A stretch of 64,000 bases of DNA from the human T2T-CHM13v2.0 reference genome, Homo sapiens, in the NCBI RefSeq assembly GCF_009914755.1, contig NC_060926.1; one strand, given 5' to 3'. This document shows positions 29,001-41,540 of the stretch, piece after piece; position 1 is the stretch's first letter, and each line of letters starts with the position of its first letter. Below the pieces are notes generated by a model. It worked only from the letters and a program-made list of their open reading frames with translations. It did not search any database and was not told where the DNA came from. The position numbers and the translations under genes were made by a program.

Positions 29001-30694
29001 TCCATCAAGCAAGGGGCTTAGAATAGAAATTTTTCTGAGTCAGTAGTACCAGAATTTAGATTTCACAGGTAAATAAAACCTGAGAGTAAACCTGGAATTG
29101 CCAACTTTTTACTTCATTAGGTGTAGATGGTAAAATAATCATCTGTTAACATCATAATTTCATAGAAGAAGATCCTTTAAACACAGTGAAAAATTACATA
29201 CATTTACTAAAGGGCAATCTTTTTCTCCAAAGACATACCGATAACATTGTATTCTTAAATGTCTATTCACTGTTTTGGAATAATAACGACATATAATGAA
29301 GTGTTCAGATTCAACAATGCAACAAAGTTCATTTATAGTGCTGAACATGTTTTAAGACCTTATTTTTTAAATCTCATCCATCATAGAAAGTCTGATTTCA
29401 CACAGGTTTGTATGTTGATAAACATAAAAGCCACAGTGTTAACTCAGTTTTATTTAGGCAGGTTTTGGGTGAGGAAGCCGGAAACCACAGTCCATGCTGC
29501 CTCCAGCTTCTTGCCCTTCCTCTTCCAAGGAAAGGAAGAAAGGAGATTAATCTACCTGTATGTCTAATTGGCTTGGACTGGCAGCTTTTCTCCCTACCTG
29601 CCACTCACCTGACTTCCTCCAGGAGTTGTGCATCTGGGCCTGGACTTCTGACATGGAGCAATGAGGATATGTTTGTTCGGACAGGAATTCTGTGTGTAGG
29701 TGGAAAGTTCACCATGCATGGCATGACCTATAAAGAACCATTGTTCTACCTTCTCTCTGCACTCCTGTGCCTGGTCAGAAGCCTGTCAGGATTGCAGCAA
29801 TTCATCTAGCAATATCAGAATAAACCACATCCTCTTTGAAGCACCACAGTGATGAGTCTGAACACCTCTCGGCAAACGGGGAGCTAAACAGGCTATAGTA
29901 GAGGTGACTTGGGATTTGTAATTTGTATACTTCCAAAATCTGTGGATAGTAGCTTTCTTTTGCTTGGTCAGGTCTCAGATGGCAGACAACAAATGGACTG
30001 GCCATGTGTATAGCATGTGCATTCTATGTCTAGTCTCTTACATAGTTCTCCACGTTGCTTAGTAAGATGGTGCTCTGGAAAAGAGAGAAGGATTTCCCTT
30101 TCCACTCCATTGTAGATCTGATTTTCTCAGGCCTCTTTACTGTCTTTGTACTAGATGGGAGAGTGTGGCTTATCAACTAAAGTTTGGAAGAGAGTAATCT
30201 AATGATGAAACAGTGGCACCAGGCTCTTCGTATGTTTTAGTTATGTCCCATTTAAATGGGTTTTGATGATTTTTTCCTGGAAAAGACCAGACATTTTCTC
30301 CTTTCTTTGGCACTTTACTTCTATTACTTTACAGCTGACATTTGAACTAGTTTGGAGTAAGGCTCTTCAGAGAAATGGAGAAGGTAGCATTAACTGAAGG
30401 GAAGGGCAAAATCTATGGCAATTTCATTATAAATCATTGCCTTGACTAATTAGGAAGCCATGCATGCTAAATAATGTCAGGGATAATAGAGATTTATTAC
30501 AACAAATTAAAGGCTAGTCAGAGTGTGTCCTGAGATAAACAACATGGTAAAAGAAACATAAATGGCAGTAAGGGGAAGCATGAACTGATAAGACTCATGG
30601 ATGTGAGTAGTAGTAGGAAACCAAATTATGTTCGTATTTCATTTGCTTTGTATAAATCTCTGCACTGTTCCATGTGTGGATGAGAGATTGAGAA

Positions 30695-31145
30695 TAAACA
30701 CATACTCATTTATTCAACAAATATTTATTGTGTATTCCATGTGGGTACAGCATGGTAGTAGGTATTATGTGAGGTGTTCATGGTCTGACATGTCCATGGA
30801 AGGAGGTAAGTAACAATAAAGATGTATGGTTAAGCAAGAAAATGGAAAGAATTAGCAATTGGTGCTGTGAGCCTGGGAGATGGGTCATTGGCTGCCGTTG
30901 TCAGGGATGGCTTCTCAAAGGTTGGTTGTGAGGTTGATTGTTAAGGAATGGTTGAATTTAGATAGGCTGGCAGGAGGGGTGAGGAAGTCTGAGAGAGAAA
31001 GTGTAGAGGTGGAAATGAGAAAATTATGTTAAAGGAACAGTGAGGAGATGAGTAGGTCTATGCTTAGGTATTTGTTAGGTGGTGGCAGATAATTTTGGAA
31101 AGTGAGTCAAGGCCAGATTACCTAGGGAATGAAATACAATCCAAG
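30695..31145 (-). mobile_element. L2 fragment
   Basis: ctcatttattcaacaaatatttattg...cagggatggcttctc...aggccagatt. Confidence 0.6.
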
Positions 31146-31324
31146 AATGTTTTCTAATAGCAACATTAGTTTCTCACACACATAGGAATATAAAATGTTC
31201 ATCATTCTTTAAACCTTGTGATTAAGTGGACAAGGAAGGCTATTAGCATTAAAAAAATCTTGTTGGGATTTTAAATTGAACTCCAAGTTGAATAGTTTGT
31301 TTTTATTTTAAAATTTCTTTTCAA

Positions 31325-31718
31325 TGTGTTAGTTCATTTTGTGTTGCTATTCCAGAATACCACAGACTGGATAATTAATAATGAACAGACGTTTATTTGG
31401 CTCATGATTCTGGAGGCTGGTAAGTCCATGAGCATGACATCTATCCAGGGCCTTTGTGCTGCATCATCCCATGGTGGGAGGCAAGAGGGCAAGAGGGCAC
31501 AAGACAGCAAGCAAGCAAGAGGGGGCCAAACTTGCTTTTATAACAGGCCCACTATCTTGATAACTAACCCACTCCCATGATAACAATATTAATCCATTCA
31601 TGAAGGCAGAACCCTCATGACCTAATCATCTCTTATTAGGCCTCATCTCCCAACACTGCTGCATTGAGGATTACGTTTCTAATATGTAAACTTTGGGGAA
31701 CACATTCAAACCACAGCA
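31325..31718 (-). mobile_element. MaLR solo LTR (MSTC-like)
   Basis: tgtgttagttcattttgtgttgcta...ttctggaggctgg...ataactaacccactccc...cacattcaaaccacagca. Confidence 0.85.
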
Positions 31719-33003
31719 TTAAGGGTTCCTGAACAAAGAGGTTTTACAATGATCAGTGCTTGAGGGCTTTATATACCCAGGTTTGTACCGTGATTTAATC
31801 CCTTTTCACTTATTTTATTTTTCTTGTAAAGGTTATGCTGAATTACTGGAGAGTTTTTGCAATGAAGGAGTCATCAGTTAAGAAAATCTATCTTCTGACT
31901 AATATCTTCTGAGTCAATGATGAAGGTGTACTGTTTTTTTGGGGAAAATAGGACCTAGTTGCCTGGGAGGCAGAAATATTCTAAATATTCTGCTAAGTGA
32001 AAATCAATAAACTAATTCTGTTTAAACAATAAAGGTAGACAAATAATCTTGCAACCTTGTGGACCCTTTGGCTTGTCTAGTGCAGTAAAATTAATTTAGC
32101 TTTTACATTTCACTTACTTTGATGTTTTTCCACTTTAGTATTTTGACCTCATTTTAGCTTGTTATGTTCTATCTAAATCTCAGATTGTTTTCAAACTGTG
32201 CTCCTTTGAGCCCTGGAAGGTCTGTGGAGCCTCCCTGGGGCTGTTAGGAGTGCATAGGGAAGAGTAGGCAGGCTCTGCCACCCCATTTATCCCTAGCACA
32301 GCTCCAGCTTCAACTGGAGCATACTCTACATTTGACTGGTTTGTTTGTTCCCATTTCTGCTTAAGCTCTTAATTGAACAAAGCTGACTTTACAAAGCTGA
32401 CTTGAAAACCTCTAGTGTTACCCAGTGACACCAAAAGAAGCAAACATTTTGGACACATCAGGCATATTTCTAGTCCAGTAAATGGATGGTCCCACATAAC
32501 ATTATTTTTTGATTCTCCTTTTCACCTGATTTCAGCTGCAATTATAGGTGTGTTGTGAAAAACATACAGTCAAGTTAATTTACAGGCATAGGGCTTTTGT
32601 TTTTCAGAGACAGATACGTAAATTGGTGTATCTTTGAAAACTTTCACCTTCAGTTTCTCCTCCTTCATGTCCACCATCTGTTCTTTATTTCATCATGCCT
32701 TATGGGACTGTAAAGGAAACAAAATATAAATTCTTTAAAGGAAACCAAGCTTTTGCTGTTTTCTACTTATAGCTGCTGAGGTGCTGATAATATTGAATGA
32801 TCACTATAAGAAACAATAAACTTTTACTAAGAAACATAATATTTATATTTGAATCCACCAACTCAGCCTTTTCCTCCATTATTCACTCTGGAACTCTTTG
32901 GACATAATTCATGTTTTATTGGCTTAATTAGATAAAGGTGACTTTAATTGTGACATCAGTAGATTGCCATTCAAAAACGGTGAGTTCAAGTTTAGGTTTC
33001 TTA

Positions 33004-33313
33004 GTCACATGTCTGCTTTCAATTCTGAGTTCTTATAAAAATATGTTATATTGTTTCTTAAGGATTGATTTTTACAGTATTCAAGATACCAAATTTCATT
33101 AGCCCAGAAGAAACTAAACTAAATTTCTAATTTTATCCATACAATGAGGTCACATGTCTGCTTTCAATTCTGAGTTCTTATAAGAATATGTTATATTGTT
33201 TCTTAAGGACTGGTTTTTACAGTATTCAGGATACCAAATTTCATTAGCCCAGAAGAAACTAAACTAAATTTCTAATTTTATCCATACAATGAAGTTTTAT
33301 CCATACAATGAAG
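33004..33313. repeat. Tandem duplication 2 x 145 bp plus a terminal 2 x 19 bp duplication
   Basis: 33004-33148 vs 33149-33293 (about 4 substitutions). ttttatccatacaatgaag occurs at 33276 and 33295. Confidence 0.95.
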
Positions 33314-35374
33314 CACAATCTCCCACTATTACCCCATTGCACACACATCCAGATATACACATCAACCGACATTGACTTTGGTAACTCACTGAAGATATAG
33401 TTCCACTGCAGCAGAGTATTTTGAAGTAGTGGTATAGGTTACAACACATATTTTATTCCCTGTAGTCTCATCTCCTGGAATCCTGTGTTGATGTAAATCA
33501 AGAAGTGCCTGGTTTGGTGAGCAGGATCTTGGGATAATTTATTGGGCACATGGTGAACCACTTGCCTGCCATAGGGTCAAGAAATGTCTTAAACCCAGGT
33601 TGATTCAGAGAGAGAAGCTTTCACAGTGATTTTATAGGCTTCAGGCTAATGTTTTTCAAGCTTTCCCTTCCTTTTCCTCCTCTAGGCTCACCCAACACAT
33701 ATGATAAAGGGCAGGCACAGCAAAAGGAACATTATTAGAAGAGCTGGCAGCCTGGGATTTGTCTCAGGATGTTTCATCTCATCTTCTTGTAAATTCTTAA
33801 CATATCATGGTCTTTAGCATTCATTTATAAATACCATATAAAACAAAATTTCCTTGGTACCCCACAGCAGACCTCAAAAACTCTTCATTTATAATCCAGC
33901 TAAGGGGAAGCAGACAATCTTCATCTTTCTCAAGGATATCTTCATGTATACTGGCCCAGGGTCTGGTCTAACTCAAGCAGCCCAAAAGGAAAGGAAGAAA
34001 TCTTTTGGTCATGGTGTCAAATCTGGCCATTGTGAGCCACCCTGCTCTGAAGGCCTGGTGGTAGATTTGAATTTGCTGCCTGAGTACGTATCCAAGTCTT
34101 TTTTAATATTCAGTCTCGATATGATAATTTGTATCATAGCTCACTAGTACAGATGGCTATGGTACAGTGATTTCACAGAAAGTAAATAGAATGCTAATTT
34201 GTTGAACGCGACCTATTTGAAAGTAAACACTCTTCCCGAGTCTCATGTGACTTCTTTTCTGTGCTCCTTATAAAGAAAATTAAAACAAACAGACAAACAA
34301 ATAGAACCCTAGTCACTTACAAGAAGATTAATTTAGGCCTGGATGATATTTGGGGAAAATTGCAGACATGCAAATAGAAGTCTGTTCCTTTTTTTTTTTT
34401 TTTCTCCTTTTTCTTTTAGCACTAAATGTTGACTTGTATGCAAAACTTCTGCTGAATTATTGACAGAGAATGGCCTTTTTTGTTGATTGTTTAATACTTT
34501 GGGGCAAAGGTTTTAATCTATAGTGGACTATAATGAGCTAGTTGTATGGATAGGTCTGCATTGGTAGTAGGAACTTCTGAGAATTTGTAATTTCTGTTTT
34601 ACAGAGTTAAAAATTTCCATTAGTTTAAGACTGAAGGGGACCTAAGTTAGGTTGCGATTTTGACTTTGTGGAGGTGCCAAAATACAGTGTAAGGGAAGGT
34701 AAGATCAATCATTTGTTGAGATGGTTATTTCTTCATTCATTTATTTATATATTTATATTTTGTTGAGTTATTGTTATGTATGAGGTTCACTTTTTATTCA
34801 ACAGTGGAATTCCTGCTTTATAGGTCATAGATTCCAGGCATGCCACTTGAGCTTATATGTATGACTTCCAAACTTACTGGCCCTTGATGTCTGTTGCCAT
34901 CGTCATGACTTTAAGGTGTTAGCAAATGGACCTTAAAACCCATTAGAGATACAGAACTAGAGCACATCCTGGAATGTTTTTGGAGATATCTCAGTCCTCA
35001 CTAGAGATGATTCTTGCCTGACATTATCTAAAGAAAAACAACAACAAAAGCCTGTGTGGTGCAGAGTAGTAATGGCTAGGTGGTCTGAACCACTGACTGT
35101 ATGCTCGTTGGAAGTAGCTGTCTGTGAAGGCACATATCTGCCTCCATGTAATCTATGTACTACATGAGGAGTTGCAGCTGTGGTCCAAGGGCCAAATACC
35201 GTCACAGTCATGTTTTATTTGTCCCAAATGGTGTTTTGACAATTGGAAAATTCATATACAAATCTAAGTGTCTGTTTTCTCTTGGTAAACTGGAAGGTCA
35301 CCTAACACTGACTGCACATTGCCACATGACTGCAGTCAGTGGAAACAGTACAGTGGCTGCCTCTTTAGTGGAGG

Positions 35375-35942
35375 TGTTCTGGTTTTCTATTGCCATGTGA
35401 CAAACCACCTCAACACTTAGTGTTGTGAAACATCAGCCTTTCATTATGTTCATAGATTAGGTGGCTCAGGAATTTGGACAAGGCATAGTAGGGATGGTTT
35501 GTTTCTACTCCACAATGTCTGGGGCTTCTGCTGAGGAGACTTACATTCTGAAGGCTGGGACCATCTGGAGGTAACTTTACTCACGTATCATATGCCTGGG
35601 CTGGGATGGCTTGGAGTTCCTTGAGCATCCCCCGAATTTCGGTGCAGATTCCAGAATTTCCATGTGTTCTTTTCATGTGTCTTCTGCAACATGGTGCCTC
35701 AGGATAGTCAGGGCTCCTACAGTGTGGCTCGGTGATCCAAGGGCAAGTGTCCTAGCAGAACAAGGCAAAAGCCACCTGGCATTTTGTGACCTAGTCTTAG
35801 AAGTCATACTGTGCTACTGTCTTGTACTGTATTGGTTGAAGTAGTCATAAGCCGATCAAGATGCAAGCAGAGTGGTCACAGAAACCTCTTCTTGATGAGC
35901 TAAGTGACAAGGAGTTGCAACTATGTTTTAAAACCACTGACA
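35375..35942 (-). mobile_element. MaLR solo LTR (MLT1H-like)
   Basis: tctattgccatgtgacaaaccacctcaacacttagt...caggaatttggacaaggcatagtagggatgg...tgacctagtcttagaagtcat...ttttaaaaccac. Confidence 0.75.
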
Positions 35943-36589
35943 TAGGGGACAAGCATGTTTTCATTTGCTGTAGTCTTCACCACTCCCTATTACATTGCAT
36001 CCAGGCTGCTTTACCAACTTATGTTATCTGACCATTGTCAAGAGCATTTGAGTTAGAGATCACTGTTCTTCCTTGGTTCTTCCAAATTTAGATAAACTCT
36101 AAATTCTAGTTAGGGTTTGTTTTTGTCAGTGTTCATAGGAGGGTAAATCTGAATGTTCCCTTTGGGGAAAAGAGTGGGAGGCAGCATGGACTTACAGTGC
36201 AAACTTCCTGTAGGAAACTGAATATGATTTTTGGCTGAAGAAGGTAGATCCACTGAAGTATGAGTCATGCTCATTTTGGTCCTTTCTTGTATTTGCACTT
36301 GCAGAAATATATTCTCCTATTCATATATTTATTTCTTTATTTCTTATTCTTGGTTATGTGCATTTCCTCCTGCATTTTTTTATTCTGGGGAGTATGGGCA
36401 AAGCCATTTGCTTGCTATTATTTTTAAAACATCCTGTGGGTGTTATCACTATCATTGTAACTAATGGAATCTTATTTAGTAGTGCTATACTACTAGGAAT
36501 GTTAGAAATAAAGCAATCAGAGTTTTTTTTTAATTAAGGAAAAATAACTAAAACTAAAGATATTCCTTTTCCTTTTTACCAAACTCTGT

Positions 36590-37350
36590 TCTTTGGGAGA
36601 AGGCATCACAATTTCCCTGGTTGGAATACTGCATGCTATCCCAGACTCTTCCTTATCCATCATCCTAGAATGTCAACAAATTTGGGCAACTTATTTTCCA
36701 AAATACTCCTTCTATGTGTCCCCTATCCCCTGTTACTCAGACGCACACAATTAGCCTAGACCCACATAATTTTTCACTTGGGACTTCCAGTATTAGGGCA
36801 TCTACCTTGATGTTCTCCTCATCTCTAATATCTCCCATATTCCAAACGGTTCTCTGTTTTAGAGCAACCTTCCTAAAACCTCCCAGTTCATGCTAATTCT
36901 CTGGTAACAAGCCAGCAGTGCCATCTCTGTGCCTCTGCATAAAACTCATTGTCTTTTTGTACATTACACAGGAGGGCCTGTAATATCTGGACTCAGCTCA
37001 GCTCATAGACCTTATATCCAAATTACTCCCATATCCTCTAACACACTCACACCCCAAGTTGGTCTGGTCATAACTGGCTGCTTGCTTCTGAGTACTTGCC
37101 AGCTATGCTTGGCCAAATTCTGCACTGGAAGCCTCTGCTGGTATTCCGTCATTTTCATTGTGTGGTAAAGTCCTCATCTTTGAGTTTTTGTGGCATTCCA
37201 TAGTATTTATCCCAGTATAATAGTTTGTTTACTGTGTATCTTCCCAATTCTAATTCAGATTTTTTGAGAGTAGAAGCCATCTTTTGTCTACATATCCCAA
37301 TGCTTGGCTTGGCATAAGTAGGGCTCTTGGTAAATGTTTATGGAATGGCC
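36590..37350 (+). mobile_element. Degenerate L2
   Basis: Ends tatcccaatgcttggcttggcataagtagggctcttggtaaatgtttatggaatg, an L2 3' end. Confidence 0.55.
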
Positions 37351-39084
37351 AACTGATTGAAGCCCATGAACCCATTCCAAAATTACTGTTGTCGAATGGC
37401 AGTGTTCAGAGTATTCATAATGGGAGAGAGGACCCTTTGGCTTTGTAGTTGACAGGGAGAATGCATCACTTCCTGTGCTTTCCACACTGAAAGAGAAAAC
37501 ATAAATACATATTTGGGAGGAAAACTATGAAAGAGCTTTATCTAAAATTTATGTATCTTGATTATATATTTGTGTGTATTTCAAAAGTAGAAAGTCTTAA
37601 ATACAATCCTCATTGGTATATGTCAAGAAAAACCTTCCTTTGTGTGTACCCGCACTGGTGACACATTTCTTAGTGCCCTCAGTGTGCAGGCAGAATTTTC
37701 ACAAAAATCCTATCAGAAATCACCTGGTATAGTGAGAGAGACATGAGCTTTGGAGCCACGCACACCCTGTACAGATCTTGCTTCCAGTTTCTTCCTAAGC
37801 TTCATGTCACTGGGGACAACATATGTCACTTCTCAAAGCCTCACCTTATTTATAAAGTGTAGGTAGCAGTTAATAGTGGCTGTTGATAAGTGTTAGGTCC
37901 CTTACTCCCTCCAAAGAGGAAATAATAGTCTGCCTAATTTATATTTGTTTGACAATTAGATAGCCATCTCATTTATCTCTTGGCTCCCTATTTTTGCACT
38001 GAAATCTCAGCAACTTAGAAGTGAATAAAGCTCATATGCAAGGTAATTATTATTAACTATGTGTAGAGGAGATATAATATCCCAGAATCAAAGAAACGAG
38101 AAGTGAAGAGCTCTCAACTGACTCTAGTCTTGGTTAGGGCTCCATACTTTTGTGTCAGCTCTGACAGCTTTCAAATGGATCACCTTGGTCACTATTATTT
38201 ATAAAAGAAGAAATATGCACTTAAACAAGCTTTCAGTGTGTCCAGAATTTTACAATTTCAAGCTCACTTAGTCCTTGGACCCCTTTTGCCTGCTATTAGA
38301 GTGTTAGGTCAATACCTCAAATTAATCTGTATTATCTCACACCTTATAAATACAGGTTCAGAATGGTTTGGGTGGCAAGGTGGTACTGCAGCTATTGTGA
38401 TCCACAATCTTGTTTTACGAAGAGTTCAGATTTGTGTGTAACTTGAAGCAGGTTCTTTACCAAGTCAAAGATAAAATTACCTATGTTTCAAACAAAAACA
38501 GTTGTTCTAAGAGGTTGTTCTGCATCTTTCTAGGAGGTTAGGGGAAAAGGGGAGATAAATGACTTTTGCTTGAATCCCCGGGCTCTAGGATCTAGGCCAA
38601 ACAGAGATTGAACTGCCTCTTAAAATTTTTATTATTATGCACTCTAGGAACCCCTCGAACAGAGACTAATGAACTTTTAATGACTGGATATTAAAGAATA
38701 TTTATTTCAAGTATAAAAATTTGCTGTTTAAGTGATTTTCTTTTCTCCCTTGCCTCAACTCAGGCATAGAAGGAGCAAAGTCTAATAACTGAAAATAGAA
38801 CAACCAAAAATACCCGCCTCTCATAAATATGACATGATTATAGGTGGCACAGTTTTGATAGGATAACCCTGTATAGTGAATTGTAATTTGGGGAAGGAAG
38901 GTATACAGTCAACAGCACGATATGACAGGTGAGTAGAGGGCCAAGATATGGCAGCAGACGTGTTCAGTGAGGCTGGAGAGACATTGGGGACCAGGTTTGG
39001 CTGATAGTAGGTGGTGATCTTGAACATTTTACTGAGACAAGACTACACGGATAAGTACAGCCTTCTAAGGAAAAAGATGACATT

Positions 39085-39340
39085 AGTATATATAATATGT
39101 TAAGAGTATGAGATCTGGGGCCAGACAAGGTTTGAATCCTAGCTTATCCACTTGCTACTGTATGACATTGGACAAGTTATATAACCTCTTTGGGCCTCAT
39201 TTCTCTCATTTGTAAGAAGAGGATGGTAATAATTCCTACCTCATAGGGATATTAAGTGAGTATGAAGAGAGTCAATAGTCAATGTGTGTAAAGCATTTAG
39301 ATTGATACCTGTGCACAGTAAGTGCTGCATAAAAAATGTC
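39085..39340 (+). mobile_element. MIR, near full length
   Basis: gttaagagtatgagatctggggccagac...ggtttgaatcctagct...ttggacaagtta...cctacctcataggg...gtaaagcatttag...cacagtaagtgct. Confidence 0.85.
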
Positions 39341-39464
39341 TACTTTGAGTTATCAGGATTTTCCATTGATTACCCCACCACTTGGACACTGTAGATGAAG
39401 ATCAGTGGTCACGTATTTGAAAGACTTTGCCAGGATGCTAATAATCTAGTGAGTGATTTTGCAG

Positions 39465-40635
39465 TGTACGTTTAGGTATCTCATTAATTTCTTGAGTTAA
39501 TTTTTGTAAAAGATATAAGGTCAGTATCTACAATAATTGTGTGTTTTTTTTGGAGGGGGGAGCGGTACAGATGGGCATCCAATTATCCCAGTACCATTTG
39601 TTGAAAGGACTTTATTGAATTGACTTTACTTCTTTGTTAAAGATCAATGGACTGTATTTGTGTGGGTCTGTTTCTGAGCTCTGTGTCCTATTTCACTGAC
39701 ATATGTGTTTGTTCTTTCACTAATTCCACACTGTCTTGATTACTGTAGTTTGAAGTAATTACAGAAATTGGGTTGTGTGATTTCTCCAAATTTGTTCTTC
39801 TGTATTGTGTTGGCTATTCTGGATCTTTCATCTTCCTACTTAAACTTTAGAATCAGTTTGTTGATATCTATAAAACAGTTTGCTGGGATTTTGGTTGGAA
39901 TTCCATTGAACCTACAGATCAAGTTGGGAAGAATTGATACTTTAACAGTATTGAGTCTTCCAATCCATGAACACAGAATGTCTCATCTCTGTTTATTTAG
40001 GTCATCTTTGATTTCTTTCATCAGAGTTTTGTAGTTTAGCACATATAGACCAATTTTATTGGGTTTATACCTAAGTATTTTATGGCTTCTTTGGTGCTAT
40101 CATAAATGATACTTTTTCTTACATTTCAAATTCCAGTTGTTTGTTGCTGGTATATAGGAAGGCAATAGACTTGTGTGTTAACCTTGTATCCTCTGACCTA
40201 TACTTGCTTACTAGTTTCAGTTCCAAAAGGTTTTCTTGTTGTTGGCGGCTTGTTTTTTGTCATTTCTTTGAGATTTTCTACATAGGTAGTCACAGCATCT
40301 GCCAGTAAAGATAGTGTTATTTCTTGCTTTCCAGTTTCATACTATTTATTTGCTTTTTTAGTCTTCTTGTACTAGTAAGACTTTAAATACGGGATTGAAA
40401 AGGAATGGTGGGAGAGGACATTTTTGTCTTGTTCTGAATGTTAGGGGGAAGGCATCCAGTTTTTCACTGTTAAATGTGATGTTAACTGTAGATTTTTAAA
40501 AAATCAAGTTGAGGAAGTTCCCTTCTATTCCTAGTTTGCTGATAGTTTTTTTTTTTTTTTTTAAATCAAACTGGATGTGGATTTTGTTAAATGCTTTTTC
40601 TATGTCAGTTGATATCATGGTTTTTCTTCTTTAGA
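39465..40635 (-). mobile_element. Old L1M ORF2 fragment
   Basis: ccagtaccatttgttgaaagg...ttgagtcttccaatccatgaaca...gaggaagttcccttctattcctagtttgctga. Confidence 0.85.
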
Positions 40636-40747
40636 CTATATTCTCTTTGAACTTCATCACTTTTTAAAATAACCCAATCTTGTGTTTGAAGGTACATTAA
40701 TCTTGAGCAGATAGTTGTGCTTTGTATATTTTTGTATTGCTTTATAG

Positions 40748-41085
40748 CTTGGGTCGGTAAATTATGGCCAGTAGGCCACATTTAGCCTGTTGCCTGTTTT
40801 TACATGACTTGTAAGCTGAGAATGGTTTTTACATTTTTAAGTGGTTGGAAAAGATCTAAAGAAAAATAATATTTTATGACAAGAAAATTATGACATTTAA
40901 ACTTCATTGTCCATAAATAAAGTGTAATTGGAACACAGCCATGTGCATTGATTTATTTATTCACTGTTGCTACATTTGCACTACAGTGGCAGAGTTGAAT
41001 ATTTGCAACAGAGATCACAGACTTTCAAAGCCTAAAATACTTATTTACTGTCTGGCTCTTTATGGCAAAAATTTGCTGACCTCTG
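40748..41085. mobile_element. MER58B (hAT-Charlie)
   Basis: gggtcggtaaattatggcc...aagctgagaatggtttttacatttttaa...aaatttgctgacctctg. 8-bp TSD ctttatag / ctatatag. Confidence 0.8.
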
Positions 41086-41089
41086 CTAT

Positions 41090-41540
41090 ATAGTATCCCA
41101 TTGGATGAATATTCCACAAAATGTGTAGTTTTGGCAATTGCGAACAAAGCTATCATAAGATTTTCCTATGTGCATACTTGTGCATCTAAGCATGTATACC
41201 TTGAAGTGGCATTGCAGGGTCATAGCAATGTGTCCATCTTCAGCTTTACTAGATAATGCCACATGTTCCGGAGTGGATATTCCAGATTACATTCTCACTA
41301 GCTGTGGCTGAAGCTCCTTATTGTTCTATGTCCTTACCAACAACGACTATATATATTAAGTAGACTATCGTACTACTTAAAATTTTTTGCCAGTATGATG
41401 GGTGTAATCTAGTATTTCATTTAAGTTTTAATTTGTTCCTTCCTGACTGCCAATGAAGCCTTTTATATATTTGAATGTTTATCGACATTAATTCTTTTTC
41501 TTCTAAAATACCGATTATCTATGTTTGTTGTCTTTTTTTC
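41090..41540 (-). mobile_element. L1ME-type fragment
   Basis: gaagtggcattgcagggtcatag...ctttactagataatgcca...ttacattctcactagc. Confidence 0.65.

Noticed and set aside
32377-32403. 14-bp direct repeat acaaagctgactt x2, and an 18-bp imperfect repeat near 59281-59315
   Set aside because: Ordinary micro-duplications with no further structure.
34420-34698. Strong acceptors (AG at 34418-34419 and 34603-34604) and donor AAG|GTAAGA (34699) as CCDC85A exon 3
   Set aside because: There are in-frame stops and no CCDC85-like peptide. Treated as a pseudo-exon without transcript evidence.
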